Shown here one piece after another: positions 11,118 through 21,761 of a stretch of DNA of 64,000 nucleotides. The position numbers were made by a program, and so were the translations under genes. The stretch is taken from NCBI GenBank assembly GCA_963792585.1, contig CAWBWI010000006.1, positions 160,001 to 224,000 on the forward strand. The letters are read 5' to 3'. Numbering within the stretch: the stretch's first letter is position 1; every line of letters starts with the position of its first letter. This DNA comes from Candidatus Eiseniibacteriota bacterium. Its GTDB lineage: Bacteria; Eisenbacteria; RBG-16-71-46; CAIMUX01; VGJL01. The notes beneath the pieces were generated by a model. It worked only from the letters and a program-made list of their open reading frames with translations, was not told where the DNA came from and did not search any database.

Positions 11118-12213
11118 ATGAAGCGCTGGCTCCTAGTCGCAACGGTCATCATCGCCGCAGCCGCGGTCCTTTTCGTCACCCGCCAGAACAAGCTGCGCGC
11201 CGAGCAGACTCCGCAGACGGTCACCATCACGCGCGGGACGATCGTTCAGGAGGCGCTCGCGATCGGCAACATCGTCCCGGAGCAAGAGGTCTCGGTGAAA
11301 TCGAAGATCGCCGGGATCGTGGCCGAAGTCCATGTGGCCGTCGGGGATCGGGTGCGCAAGGGCGAGCCGCTGATGGATATCCGTCCCGACCCGACGCCGC
11401 TCGAGCGGGCCGAGGCGCGGCGGAATCTGGAGATGGCGCAGGTGACCGAGGACGGCGCCCGCCGCGACCTCGAGCGTGCCCAGGAGTTGTTCACCCAGGG
11501 ACTCCTGTCCCAGAAGGAGCTCGACGACCGCAAGAGCGCCTACGACTCGGCCCACCTCCGCGCGCAACTCGAACAGGAGCGGCTCGACCTGCTCAAGGAA
11601 GGGCGCGCGCGCATCGAGAACCGCGAGGTCAGCAACCGGATCGTCTCTCCCGTCGACGGAACGGTCCTCACGCTCGAACTCCATCCCGGCGACCCGGTCG
11701 TGCCGCTCACCTCCTACCAGGCCGGGACCGTGCTGATGACGATGGCCGACATGAGCGACCTGATCTTCCGCGGCACGGTGGACGAGGTCGACGTGGGGCA
11801 AGCCTCGAGGTCGGACAGCCGGTCCGATTCACGGTCGGCGCGATCCCCGACGCGAAGGTCGAGGGAACGCTGCGGCGGATCTCGCCGAAGGCGCGCAAGC
11901 AGGATTCGGCGACGCTCTTCGACGTCGAGGCGACGATCGCCGCCGGCCGGTTCGACCGTGCTTCGGGCCGGCTACTCGACGAACGCCAAGATCGCGATCG
12001 CGCGCGCCGACAGCGTCCTCGTGCTCCCCGAGCGGGTCGTGAAGTACGAGGCGGGCAAGGCCAGCGTGCGTGCGCCCGGCAAGGACGGCAAGCCGGAGAC
12101 GCGCGAGATCGACGACCGGGCTCTCCGACGGTCTCATGGTCGAGATCAAGAGCGGGCTCGACGAGGGAGCGGTCGTCCTCGAACCGCCACGCAGCACCCT
12201 CGCGAAGAAGTAG
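11118..12213 (+). CDS. MacA-like efflux periplasmic adaptor subunit (frameshifted as assembled)
   Basis: N-terminal TM anchor, VKSKIAGIV...VGDRVRKGEPL, IVSPVDGTV and VDEVDV. Homology continues in other frames after about 11795, 11940 and 12110, ending ...GLDEGAVVLEPPRSTLAKK at TAG 12211-12213. Confidence 0.8.
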
Positions 12214-12217
12214 CGTC

Positions 12218-13453
12218 ATGCAACTGCGCATCGTTCTCGTTCAGTTCTGGCGTGACCTGAAAGCTCAGCGACTGCGCACCGCCCTGACTCTGTTCGGTCT
12301 CGCGTGGGGGACCTTCTGCGTGGTCGTGCTCCTCTCCTTCGGAGAAGGGCTTTCCCGAAAGCAGATGAACACCATGCAGGGATTGGGCACGCGCATCATC
12401 CTGCTCTGGGGTTCCCGCACCTCGGTCGCCCACGAGGGACTTCCCCGCGGGCGGTACATCCGTCTCGAAGACGCCGACGCCGACCGCATCGCGCGTGAGG
12501 TTCCCGGCGTGACGCAGGCAAGCCCCGAGTACTCGCGCGGCGTGATGCTCACCGGCCCCGGCGGACAGGCGGCCGCCAATCTCTCGGCGGTGCGGCCCGG
12601 CTTCGGAGCCATGCGCCGGATCGAGCCCGAGCCGGGCGGGCGATTCCTGAACGAGCGCGACGAGACGGAGCGCCGGCGCGTCTGCGTCCTCGGCTCGCGC
12701 GTCCGCAAGGAGGCGTTCGGCGATCGTGCCCGCGATCGGTCAGAACCTCGAGATCTCGGGGATCCCGTTCACCGTGATCGGCACCCTGCCCGAGAAGGAA
12801 CAGGACAGCAACTACAACGGTCCGGACGACGGACAAGGTCTTCATTCCAGCGGCCGTCGCCGTCGCGTCCTTCGGCGATCGCTATCCGGACAACCTCGTG
12901 GTCGAAGTCGCCGAGGGGGTCAAGAGCGCCGACGTCGTCACGGGGATCTACGAGGCGCTCGGTCGCGCCCACCATTTCGATCCAACCGACAAGGAGGCGC
13001 TGCTCGACCTGGGACGTCGGCGAAATGATCGCGATGATCTCGACGGTCTTCATCGGCTTCCGCGTTTTCTTGGGACTGATCGGCGTTCTGACCCTGGCGG
13101 TCGCCGGAATCGGCGTCGCGAACATGATGAGCATGGTCGTCGAGGACCGCACCTCCCAGATCGGGATCTCGATGGCGCTCGGCGCCCGTCACAGCTGGGT
13201 CCTGGGGCAGGTCCTGCTGGAGACGCTGCTCGTCACCGCCGCGGGAGGCCTGATCGGCGTCACATTGGCGGGCGCGATCGTCGTCGGCTGCCAGTTCCTC
13301 CCTCTGGAAAACAGCATCGGCGACCCGGTCTTCTCCGGCCAGATCGCCGCCTTGACCGCGGGAATCCTCGGGTTGATCGGCATCGCCGCCGGCGTGGGGC
13401 CCGCGCGCCGCGCCGCCTATCTGAATCCGGCCGAAGCGTTGAGGAGTCGCTGA
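12218..13453 (+). CDS. MacB/FtsX-like ABC transporter permease (frameshifted as assembled)
   Basis: Motifs RTALTLFGLAWG, GRFLNERD, GIGVANMMSMVVEDRTSQIGISMALGA and PARRAAYLNPAEALR. The internal segment ~12725-13005 reads in other frames. Confidence 0.8.
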   Translation: MQLRIVLVQFWRDLKAQRLRTALTLFGLAWGTFCVVVLLSFGEGLSRKQMNTMQGLGTRIILLWGSRTSVAHEGLPRGRYIRLEDADADRIAREVPGVTQASPEYSRGVMLTGPGGQAAANLSAVRPGFGAMRRIEPEPGGRFLNERDETERRRVCVLGSRVRKEAFGDRARDRSEPRDLGDPVHRDRHPAREGTGQQLQRSGRRTRSSFQRPSPSRPSAIAIRTTSWSKSPRGSRAPTSSRGSTRRSVAPTISIQPTRRRCSTWDVGEMIAMISTVFIGFRVFLGLIGVLTLAVAGIGVANMMSMVVEDRTSQIGISMALGARHSWVLGQVLLETLLVTAAGGLIGVTLAGAIVVGCQFLPLENSIGDPVFSGQIAALTAGILGLIGIAAGVGPARRAAYLNPAEALRSR

Positions 13454-13455
13454 CG

Positions 13456-14711
13456 ATGACATCGTGGATTCAGGGTCTCGGCTACATGCTCCGGTTCGTG
13501 GGCCGGCGCAAGGGTCGCTCGGCGCTGATCCTGCTCTCGGTCGCCTGGGGCACCCTCTCGATGATGCTGCTCTTGGGCTTCGGGGAGGGTCTGAAGCTCC
13601 AGATGCAGAAGGGAAGCATGGGGCTCGGGACGAGCCCGCTCATCATGTGGCCGGGTTCGACGACCCGCGCCTGGGAGGGAATGAAGCCGGGGCGTCCGAT
13701 CCGTTTCGTGGAGGAGGATCTCGTCGCCCTCTCCCGGGCGGTGCCGGAAATCGACCAGATCGCGGCCGAGAATGTTCAGTGGTCGGTCGATCTGCGCTGG
13801 GGCGCGCACTCCGTCTCCACCCGCGTCACCGGGGTCATGCCCTGCTACGAGACGGTTCGCTCCCACCATCCGCAGCCGGGCGGACGTTTCCTCAACAACG
13901 TCGACCAGGCGAGCTCGCGCAGGGTGATCTTCATCGGTCCGGCGCTCAAAGAACGCCTCTTCGGCGCATCCGAGTGCATCGGCCAGACGGTGTTCTTGAG
14001 CGGCGTGCCGATGACCGTCGTCGGTGTGATGGTCGACAAGCAGCAGATGGGGATGTACGGCGGCCCCGACGTCGAGAAGGCGTCGATCCCCCTGTCGACC
14101 TTCGAAGCGCTCTATCGGCAAGAAGCCGTACAACAATGTCCTGTACACCCTCAAGGCCGGTTCGAACCCGGAAGCGGTCGAGAAGTCCGTACGCGAGGCG
14201 CTCGGGCGCCGCTTCCGCTTCGATCCGGAGGACGAGAGCGCGGTCCACATCTGGAACGCCGCGAAGAACAACGTCGAGGGCAGAGAAGATCTTCAAGGGG
14301 ATCCAGGCGTTCCTGGGCGTGGTCGGCGCGATGACGCTCCTCGTGGCGGGCGTCGGGCCTCGCGAACATGCTCTTCGTCATGGTCCACCGGCGCACGCGC
14401 GAGATCGGCATGCAGATGGCGATCGGAGCGCAGCGCTCGATCGTGACGGCCCAGATCGTCGGCGAATCGCTGCTTGCTCGCGGGGATCGGCGGCTACCTC
14501 GGAATCGGATTCGCCTGGCTGATCGTGGAGGTCCTGCAACGGATTCCGGTCAAGAGCGAGGGGCTCCAGTTCCTGGGCAAGCCGACCCTATCGATCCCGC
14601 TCGGCATCGTCACCGTGCTGATCCTGGTCGGGATCGGCTGTCTGGCCGGCTGCGCTCCCCGCGCGACGCGCGTCGCGCCTGGATCCGGTGGAGGCACTGC
14701 GCCATGAGTGA
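13456..14711 (+). CDS. Second MacB/FtsX-like ABC transporter permease (frameshifted as assembled)
   Basis: Starts MTSWIQGL...RSALILLSVAWG and contains GRFLNNVD and NMLFVMVHRRTREIGMQMAIGA. Ends LDPVEALRHE at TGA 14709-14711. Several frame switches after ~14118. Confidence 0.75.
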
Positions 14712-15438
14712 GAACCGGTCCCGCCGTGCATCCTCGATGCAGCAGGTCTCGAAGACCTATCACTCCGGCGCGATCTCGTTCGAGGCGCTGCGCGAGATCG
14801 ATCTCACGATCCGCTCCCACGAGATGGTCGCCGTCATCGGCGCTTCCGGTTCCGGCAAGTCGACCCTGATGAACCTGATGGGTTGTCTCGACACGCCCAG
14901 TCGCGGAATCTACGAATTCGGAGGACGCGACGTCTCCCGGCTGAAGCCGGCGGAGATGGCCGATCTGCGGAATCGCTCCATCGGCTTCGTTTTCCAGTCG
15001 TTCCACCTGCTTCCCTACGCGACGGCGCTCGAGAACGTCGAGATGCCGCTTCTCTTCGCCGGCGTCCTGGCGCGCGCCCGCCGCGAGCGCGCCCTCGAGA
15101 TGCTGGACCGTGTCGGTCTGGCCGAGCGCGCTCACCACCTCCCCACGCAGCTATCCGGCGGTGAAATGCAGCGCGTCGCGGTAGCCCGGTCGATGGCGAA
15201 CAATCCGAAGGTGATCCTCGCCGACGAACCGACCGGAAACCTCGACAGCAGGACCGGCCGCGGCATCCTCGATCTCTTCGTCAAGCTCTGGAACGACGGC
15301 GGAACGATCGTCCTGATCACCCACGATCTGAGCCTCGCCCGGTCATGCTCCCGGATCCTGAAGATCCAGGACGGCCGGATCGTCCACGACGGGACGGACA
15401 TCCCTCTGGACGAGGAGGTCGGCGCGGTCGTTCCGTAA
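14704..15438 (+). CDS. ABC transporter ATP-binding protein (LolD/MacB family)
   Basis: Walker A GASGSGKST, signature LSGGEMQRVAVAR, Walker B ILADEPTGNLD and H-loop ITHD. Confidence 0.93.
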   Translation: MSENRSRRASSMQQVSKTYHSGAISFEALREIDLTIRSHEMVAVIGASGSGKSTLMNLMGCLDTPSRGIYEFGGRDVSRLKPAEMADLRNRSIGFVFQSFHLLPYATALENVEMPLLFAGVLARARRERALEMLDRVGLAERAHHLPTQLSGGEMQRVAVARSMANNPKVILADEPTGNLDSRTGRGILDLFVKLWNDGGTIVLITHDLSLARSCSRILKIQDGRIVHDGTDIPLDEEVGAVVP

Positions 15439-15521
15439 CGCGATCCGCACGGTCGATCCGTAACGAGATCCGCGCAGTCGCTCCGTTGCGCGATCCGCGC
15501 GCTCGCTCCGTAGCCCGATCC
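15423..15521. repeat. Degenerate 25-bp tandem repeat (about 4 units)
   Basis: Units TAACGCGATCCGCACGGTCGATCCG (15436), TAACGAGATCCGCGCAGTCGCTCCG (15461) and TTGCGCGATCCGCGCGCTCGCTCCG (15486), with partial copies on both sides. Confidence 0.85.
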
Positions 15522-15633
15522 TCGAACGCCCGCACTCCGGCCGGCCGTCGGCATGCCGACCCGCCGCGGACGTCGCCTCTTTTGCTCCCGAGGAGGCCGA
15601 ATGCTGGTAGGATGGCGGGCGCGGAGGGATCTC

Positions 15634-16437
15634 ATGAACACGAACCGAGCGCTCCTGCTCCGGCGTCCGCTGATCGTCGTCGATACCGAGACGACGGGCG
15701 CGCGCCCCCACATCGACCGGATCGTCGAGATCGCCCTGGTGACCCTTCACCCCGACGGGCGCAGGGAGACGTGGGTACAACGGGTGAATCCGGAAACCCG
15801 CATCCCTGTGGAGGCGACGGCCGTCCACGGGATCCGCAACGAGGACGTCGAGCTCTGCCCCACCTTCCGCAAGATCGCGGGGGAACTCGTGCAGAGAATC
15901 GGCGAGGCCGATCTCTGCGGCTTCAACATCCACGGCTTCGATCTGAGGATCATGCAGGCCGAGTTCGCGCGCTGCGGTGAGATCTTTTCGATGGACAACC
16001 GGCAGATCGTCGACGCCCAGGTGATCTTCCACAAACACGAGCCCCGCGACCTCTCCGCCGCCGTCCGCTTCTACCTCGATCGGGACCACGCCGGCGCGCA
16101 CGGCGCCGCGCCCGATGCGGAAGCGACGCTGGACGTCCTCCTCGCGCAGCTCGCCCGCTACGGCGACCTCGAGCCGAACGTGGCCGCGCTCGCCGCCGCC
16201 TCGCGGCGCAAGGACGACCGCTACGCGGATCCGGACCGCAAACTCGAATGGCGGGACGGAGAGGCTTGTTTCACCTTCGGAAAGCATGCGGGACGAACCC
16301 TGCGCGACGTGGTCAGCTCGGATCCCGACTACATCGATTGGGTCATGAAGAAGGACTTCCCCGAGCCGCTCCGGGAGATCCTGCGCAACGCCCTCGAGGG
16401 CCGGTTCCCCACGCCGAACATCGAGAGCTCGGACTGA
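15634..16437 (+). CDS. DnaQ-like (DEDDh) 3'-5' exonuclease with ExoX-like C-terminal domain
   Basis: Motifs VDTETTG, VHGI, GFNIHGFDL and HGAAPDA, plus C-terminal FTFGKHAG...DPDYIDW. GGAGG RBS. Confidence 0.9.
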   Translation: MNTNRALLLRRPLIVVDTETTGARPHIDRIVEIALVTLHPDGRRETWVQRVNPETRIPVEATAVHGIRNEDVELCPTFRKIAGELVQRIGEADLCGFNIHGFDLRIMQAEFARCGEIFSMDNRQIVDAQVIFHKHEPRDLSAAVRFYLDRDHAGAHGAAPDAEATLDVLLAQLARYGDLEPNVAALAAASRRKDDRYADPDRKLEWRDGEACFTFGKHAGRTLRDVVSSDPDYIDWVMKKDFPEPLREILRNALEGRFPTPNIESSD

Positions 16438-16461
16438 GACGCCCCACGCGCGGCGGAGCTT

Positions 16462-17010
16462 CTAGATCTTCCGCGCGACGAAGAGGTTGTTGAACCCGAA
16501 GTCGAACCGCTCGTGCCGCTCCACCTTGAAGCCGTGGCGTTCGAGGAGCCGGCGCATCTCGGCGTTCGAGATCCCCCAGACCTCGCCTTCGTGAAGATGA
16601 CGCCCGTGCTGGTCCGGGTCCCAGGGTCGGATGATCCGGTGCCAGAAGGCGCTCAGGCCGGGGGGGAGCATGGTGACAATCACCAGGCCATCGGGGGCGA
16701 GGACGCGATACACCTCGTCAAGCACGGCCTCTCGATTCGGAATGTGGTTCAGACACGCCACGAACGTCGCGGAGTCGAAGGCACCGATCTCGAACGGAAG
16801 GTGGCTTGCGTCCTCGATGACGAGATCTACATTGCCCCACTGAATGATGTCGACGCCAACCCCGTTGCCATGCTTTCGAACGAGCCGATTCTCGCCGCAA
16901 CCGAAGTCGATCACGCGCCCCCGGACACACTTGAGCGCAGCCTCGAGCCGCTTATCGGCAAGCCAAGCGACGACACGATCCCCCAAAGAAAACCATTTCG
17001 CATCACTCAC
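16462..17010 (-). CDS. Class I SAM-dependent methyltransferase
   Basis: GTG 17010 overlaps the tenA stop and has an AAGGAG RBS. Motifs VIDFGCG, GVDI, LPFE..AFD, LNHIPN and RVLAPDG. Confidence 0.85.
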   Translation of the reverse strand: MSDAKWFSLGDRVVAWLADKRLEAALKCVRGRVIDFGCGENRLVRKHGNGVGVDIIQWGNVDLVIEDASHLPFEIGAFDSATFVACLNHIPNREAVLDEVYRVLAPDGLVIVTMLPPGLSAFWHRIIRPWDPDQHGRHLHEGEVWGISNAEMRRLLERHGFKVERHERFDFGFNNLFVARKI

Positions 17011-17690
17011 GTGCTCACTCCTTGGAGAGGCCACGCCTCCATCCGATAGGACATCTCCCAGAACATCCACTCGTAGCGGAAGCTCGTCATGTAATGGTCG
17101 CCGCAGCGTTCCCTCTCCTCGGGGCCGGCGAGCGCCTCGAGTCGATCGAAGGCCCGCTCCGCGCCTCGCACGATCTCCTGGAACGGTTCGGAGGCGTAGG
17201 CCTCGATCCACCGGATGTAGAGGGGCGCATCGGTCGGCGGCTTGACCGCCAGACGCGCGCCGAGTTCCGCGTATGTCGTCATGCAGGGAGCAAGCGCGGC
17301 CATGATCTCCGCCTCGGTGCCCAGCGCGCCCACGCTCAGGAGATGCCGCGTGTACGCGAAGGTGGTCGGAGCGAGGCGGGTTGATTCCAGTTGCGCTTCG
17401 GTGATTCCGAAATCGGCGCAATAGCCCCGGTGGAGCGCCATCTCCGTCTGCAGCGTGCCGTGCGCAAGCTCGGCGAAGAATGCCATCTCCCGCAACCGCC
17501 CCCCCTTCGAAACCGCCAGGGCGAGGACGCGCGCGAACTCCTTCAGGTAGGGGTAGTCCTGCATCAGGAAGAAGCGGAAACGTTCACGCTCGAGCGTTCC
17601 CCGGCCGAGCTCCACGATGAAAGGGTGCGCGACGATCTCTTGCCAGATGGGATCGGCGGCCGCGCGCAGTCTCCGGGACCAAGGCATCAC
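17007..17690 (-). CDS. tenA: Thiaminase II / TenA family protein
   Basis: Motifs HPFIVELGRGTL..ERFRFFLMQDYPYL, AYTRHLL, ALAPC...Y, YIRWIEAY and YEWMFW. Confidence 0.92.
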   Translation of the reverse strand: MMPWSRRLRAAADPIWQEIVAHPFIVELGRGTLERERFRFFLMQDYPYLKEFARVLALAVSKGGRLREMAFFAELAHGTLQTEMALHRGYCADFGITEAQLESTRLAPTTFAYTRHLLSVGALGTEAEIMAALAPCMTTYAELGARLAVKPPTDAPLYIRWIEAYASEPFQEIVRGAERAFDRLEALAGPEERERCGDHYMTSFRYEWMFWEMSYRMEAWPLQGVST

Positions 17691-17699
17691 GTCGCGCCC

Positions 17700-18494
17700 C
17701 TACCCGAAGATCCCGCGTACGCTGCCGCCGTCGACGGAGAGGGATGCGCCGTTGACGAATGCGGCCTCCTCGGAGGCGAGGAACGCGATCGCCCGACCCA
17801 GTTCGATCGGCTGACCGAACCGGCCCGTGGGGACCCCCTCGACGTAGCGCCGTCGCGCCTCGGCGACGTCCGTGCCCGCCTTCTTCGCCCGGGACTCCAT
17901 CAACTCATCGATCCGCGCCGTCTCGTAGGGCCCCGGACAAACGGAGTTGACCGTGATGCCGTGCCGGCCGACCTCGCCGGCGAGGGTCTTCGCGAGTCCG
18001 ATCACTCCGGGTCGAAGGACGTTGCTCAACAGCAACCCGTCGACCGGCTGCTTGACGGATGTCGAGGTGATGAAGACGATCCGCCCCGATCGGCGCTCGA
18101 TCATGCCCGGCAGCGCGGCGCGGCAGAGCCGGACCGCGCTCATGAGCGTCATCTGGTATGCCGCTTCCCAGTCCGCTTCGGCAAGCTCGAGGAGGGAACC
18201 CGGCTTGGGTCCCCCCGCGTTGGCGACGAGAATCGCGAGCGGGCCGATCGCGCGCTCCGCCTCGCGGACGAGCCGCTCCGGCTCTCCCGGAACGGCGACG
18301 TCTCCCGTGAGACCGACCACGCGACCGCGGCCGAGCGCAGAAAGCGTCTTCACCGCGTTCTCCAGACGCTGAGGGTCGCGAGCGGCCAGGACGGCGTTCG
18401 CGCCCTCTTCGACCAGGGCCCGCGCGGCGCCGAATCCAAGCCCGGCACTCGCGCCCGTCACCAATGCGTTCTTGTTCTCAAGACCCAGGTTCAT
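17700..18494 (-). CDS. Short-chain dehydrogenase/reductase (SDR)
   Basis: Motifs VTGASAGLG, LVANAGGP, GITVNSVCPG and VNGASLSVDGG. Confidence 0.9.
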   Translation of the reverse strand: MNLGLENKNALVTGASAGLGFGAARALVEEGANAVLAARDPQRLENAVKTLSALGRGRVVGLTGDVAVPGEPERLVREAERAIGPLAILVANAGGPKPGSLLELAEADWEAAYQMTLMSAVRLCRAALPGMIERRSGRIVFITSTSVKQPVDGLLLSNVLRPGVIGLAKTLAGEVGRHGITVNSVCPGPYETARIDELMESRAKKAGTDVAEARRRYVEGVPTGRFGQPIELGRAIAFLASEEAAFVNGASLSVDGGSVRGIFG

Positions 18495-18817
18495 AGAGTT
18501 CTCCCAACGTCGATCGAGACAGCAATCTATTGACTGTACACCGTACTGCGCAGCCCGCAAATCGCGGAGGGGGCAGGGACCTCTAACCCTCGGGCCAGTT
18601 CACGGGAATCGAGGTCAGTCTGACAGGATGCGCTTCGACCACATCCAGCGCGGAGGGAGGTGCCTCGGGCGGTCCGGGGTGCACTTGTGGACGGGCCTTC
18701 AGGGGCGTAACATGTTAGCGGTTCGTTGATATGCCCTTCTGCTAACGGGACGCGACCAAATGAGCGCCGAACCTGACGAAACTGGGCAGTCAACAATGAC
18801 CCAAAGGAGGAACCGTC

Positions 18818-21646
18818 ATGAACGCCGCCAGCCGCGTTGTCGTTCTTCGCGTCGGCCTTCGCCTCGTCGCTCAGTCTTTCGCACTCTTGCTCTTCCTCCC
18901 CGCCACCCTTTGGGGAGTGACCTGGTCTCCTGACGAGCGTCTCACGAACGACCCGAGCAACTCCGCGGCTCCAACGATCGCAGCCGACTTGTCGGGCAAT
19001 CTCCACGTCGTATGGCACGACGAACGAGATGAGAACTCGGAGATCTACTACCGTCGTTGGAGTTCTGGCATCTGGAGCAATGAAGAGCGGCTCACATTTG
19101 ACAACGCAACCTCCGCCTGGCCTGTAATTGCGAGCGATCGACTGGGCAGAGCTCATGTTGTCTGGTACGACTATAGGCTTGGATCTGACCACCCTCAGAT
19201 CTTCTGCAAGCACTGGGACGGACTCTCGTGGTCAACGGACGAACTGGTCTCCCAAGGCAAAGGCTGGGCAGTGGTTCCAACAGTCATCGCCGATCCTCTG
19301 GGTAACATCCATGCTATCTGGTACGACAATCGGAATGAAGAGGATTGGGAAATCTATCATCGCCGTTGGGACGGCCAATCGTGGGGACCGGAGGATCGCC
19401 TGACCGAGAGCCAGGGCGAATCCCGATACCCGGCTGCCATCGCAGATGAGATCGGAAACTTGTATGTCGTTTGGCAAGACCGGCGTGACGGCAATTGGGA
19501 GATCTATCTGAAACGGTGGGATGGTTTGGCTTGGGGCCCGGACCAACGCCTGACCGCGGAATCTCACAACAGCTTGCGCCCCGCCATCGCCGCCGATGTA
19601 CTGGGGAATGTCTGGATCGCATGGTACGACTCACGAGATGGTCACTCTGAGATCTACTACAAACGATACGACGGTGTCTCGTGGACGCCGGACACTCGTT
19701 TGTCGGACGCGGACGCATTTGCGTCGATCGAACCCACGATAGCCGCCGATCGGATGGGCCACGTTTACGTAGCGTGGCAGGATGATCGAGACGGAGCTTC
19801 TGAGCTTTACTTCAGAGCGTGGGACGGGATCTCATGGTCCGTGGACGAACGCGTGACGAACGACCCCGCGTTCTCAAGCTACCCGGCGCTCACTGTCGAC
19901 CCGCTTGGCGCTGCCCAACTCGTTTGGCAGGATACCCGGGATGCCAACTCCGAGATCTACCGCAAGGAGCGATCGGCTCCTGAACCTCCGGGGCCCCCAC
20001 CCATCGTTGAGGGCGCCAGCCCGCCCATCGTCTCCAATTTCGGTACGCGAGAGGTGACCGTTCTCGGCAACCATTTCGGAGTTCCTGCGGTCGTGAAACT
20101 GCTCCCCGAAATCGGCCCTCCGCTTGTGGGCACGACCGTCCAGGTGACGGCAACTACCGTAGTAGCCCGATTCGACATGACGGATGTGCCCGTGGGTTGG
20201 TTAGCCGCGGTAGTCGCGAACGGAGCCGGCCAGGCGGACACCCTCGGAAATTGCATCCAAGTAATACAGGGTCCTTGGGGCCAAGAAACCAGATTGACCA
20301 CGAACTCGGGAGTATCCTCTCTGGCGTCCAACGGCGGCCGTGCGATGGTGCGCGATTCGTCAGGTAGACTCCATCTCTTCTGGCTCGATAGCCGTGATGG
20401 AAACCAGGAGATCTACACCAAGACCCGGGAGGATGAGAACTGGTCTGCGGACGAACGTCTGACGGAAGACACGGGGCAGTCGTTGAACCCGGTGACGGCC
20501 TTGTCCGGCGATGGGACCGTCGTGGTCATTTGGCAGGATACAAGGGACGGCAACGCTGAGATCTACTCGAAGTCGCTCAACGGCGGTGTTTGGACCGCCG
20601 ACACGCGACTGACCTCAAATGCAGCTCCATCACTCTATCCTTCGGTAGCACGAGATCCTTCGGGGAACCTCCACCTCGTCTGGCAGGACGGCAGAACGGG
20701 CGCGTACCAAGTCTTCTACAGTCGCATGTCGAACGGTGTCTGGAGCGATCCGGTCAGAATTACCCAAACCATTGCACCCGCGGTCTATCCCACGGTCGAC
20801 TGCGATTCTCAAGGCAGGGTTTACGTCGCTTGGACCGATGGTAGGGACAATAACTGGGAGATCTACTTCACGAGGTTCGCCGAAGGAGCATGGGAGACCG
20901 AACGGCGCGTCACGTTCGACATGATGACCTCAGCCTATCCTTCGATGGCCACTGACGGGGAAGCTGCCTACTTGGTTTGGCAAGACCAGCGGAACGGCCG
21001 AGAGGAGGTCTTCTTTCGGCGGCTGGACACCGAGGACACCGACCACCGATTGGTTTCTGATCAGGGCGACTCGAAGTCGCCGATGCTCGCCGTAACCGAG
21101 GACCACGAGATCCATATTGTCTGGAGTGACACTCGTACAGGACTCGAGCAGATCTGGTACAAGGTGTTCAACCCCACGGATGGTGCATGGTCACTGGAGC
21201 ATCGAATGACTGGTTCAAGCCAAGAGGCAGTTCTCCCATCGATCCTCGCCGGTCCTGAGAACTCCGTCGACGTCGTCTGGCGCGATTCTCGCGACGAGAG
21301 CACGGAGGTCTATTCCCGGACAAGGAGGGAGATTCTCCCCGCGGAGACCAACGGTCCATGGGCTGCCGGCGACTTGTCCACTATTCGCTGCATGCCGAAT
21401 CCCTTCCGTGATTCGATGGTGTTGGGCTTCCGCCTAGCGATGGAACAGCAGGTCATGATTCAGATCTTCGATGTGCAGGGGCGAAGGATTCGCACGCTGC
21501 ATGACGGCAGACTTGGTGCTGGGTCCCACGAGATCCGTTGGGACGGGTTCGGGGATGGCCGCCGCGACCCCGGTCCGGGTGTCTATTACTACCGCCTTGT
21601 CGTCGACCGGCGCAGCGAAAGCGGCCCGGCTGTAAGGCTTCCCTGA
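18818..21646 (+). CDS. Secreted double beta-propeller repeat protein with Ig-like linker and FlgD-Ig/T9SS-like C-terminal domain
   Basis: AAGGAGG RBS and signal peptide. Two blocks of seven ~50-aa repeats (W.p.eRLT...S..P..a.D..G..hvvW.D.RDGn.EIY). C-terminal 'PNPFRDS...IFDVQGRRIRTL...GVYYYRL'. Confidence 0.85.
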   Translation: MNAASRVVVLRVGLRLVAQSFALLLFLPATLWGVTWSPDERLTNDPSNSAAPTIAADLSGNLHVVWHDERDENSEIYYRRWSSGIWSNEERLTFDNATSAWPVIASDRLGRAHVVWYDYRLGSDHPQIFCKHWDGLSWSTDELVSQGKGWAVVPTVIADPLGNIHAIWYDNRNEEDWEIYHRRWDGQSWGPEDRLTESQGESRYPAAIADEIGNLYVVWQDRRDGNWEIYLKRWDGLAWGPDQRLTAESHNSLRPAIAADVLGNVWIAWYDSRDGHSEIYYKRYDGVSWTPDTRLSDADAFASIEPTIAADRMGHVYVAWQDDRDGASELYFRAWDGISWSVDERVTNDPAFSSYPALTVDPLGAAQLVWQDTRDANSEIYRKERSAPEPPGPPPIVEGASPPIVSNFGTREVTVLGNHFGVPAVVKLLPEIGPPLVGTTVQVTATTVVARFDMTDVPVGWLAAVVANGAGQADTLGNCIQVIQGPWGQETRLTTNSGVSSLASNGGRAMVRDSSGRLHLFWLDSRDGNQEIYTKTREDENWSADERLTEDTGQSLNPVTALSGDGTVVVIWQDTRDGNAEIYSKSLNGGVWTADTRLTSNAAPSLYPSVARDPSGNLHLVWQDGRTGAYQVFYSRMSNGVWSDPVRITQTIAPAVYPTVDCDSQGRVYVAWTDGRDNNWEIYFTRFAEGAWETERRVTFDMMTSAYPSMATDGEAAYLVWQDQRNGREEVFFRRLDTEDTDHRLVSDQGDSKSPMLAVTEDHEIHIVWSDTRTGLEQIWYKVFNPTDGAWSLEHRMTGSSQEAVLPSILAGPENSVDVVWRDSRDESTEVYSRTRREILPAETNGPWAAGDLSTIRCMPNPFRDSMVLGFRLAMEQQVMIQIFDVQGRRIRTLHDGRLGAGSHEIRWDGFGDGRRDPGPGVYYYRLVVDRRSESGPAVRLP

Positions 21647-21761
21647 GGAATCGACCGGGAGGGCCGGTGAACCTGCCGCCCTCCCGACCCCTCTGGATCT
21701 CTGCCGTGCGCCGAGAGAGACTGGCGGCGGCGGCTTCCGCTTTCCGGTAGAATCCCAACCT

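Noticed and set aside
15423..15521. Repeats as a CRISPR array
   Set aside because: The units are contiguous with no unique spacers, and no cas genes are present. The same applies to 31931-31981.
18495..18817. TPP riboswitch upstream of the SDR-tenA operon
   Set aside because: No CTGAGA...ACCTG...GGGAA core is seen on the minus strand.
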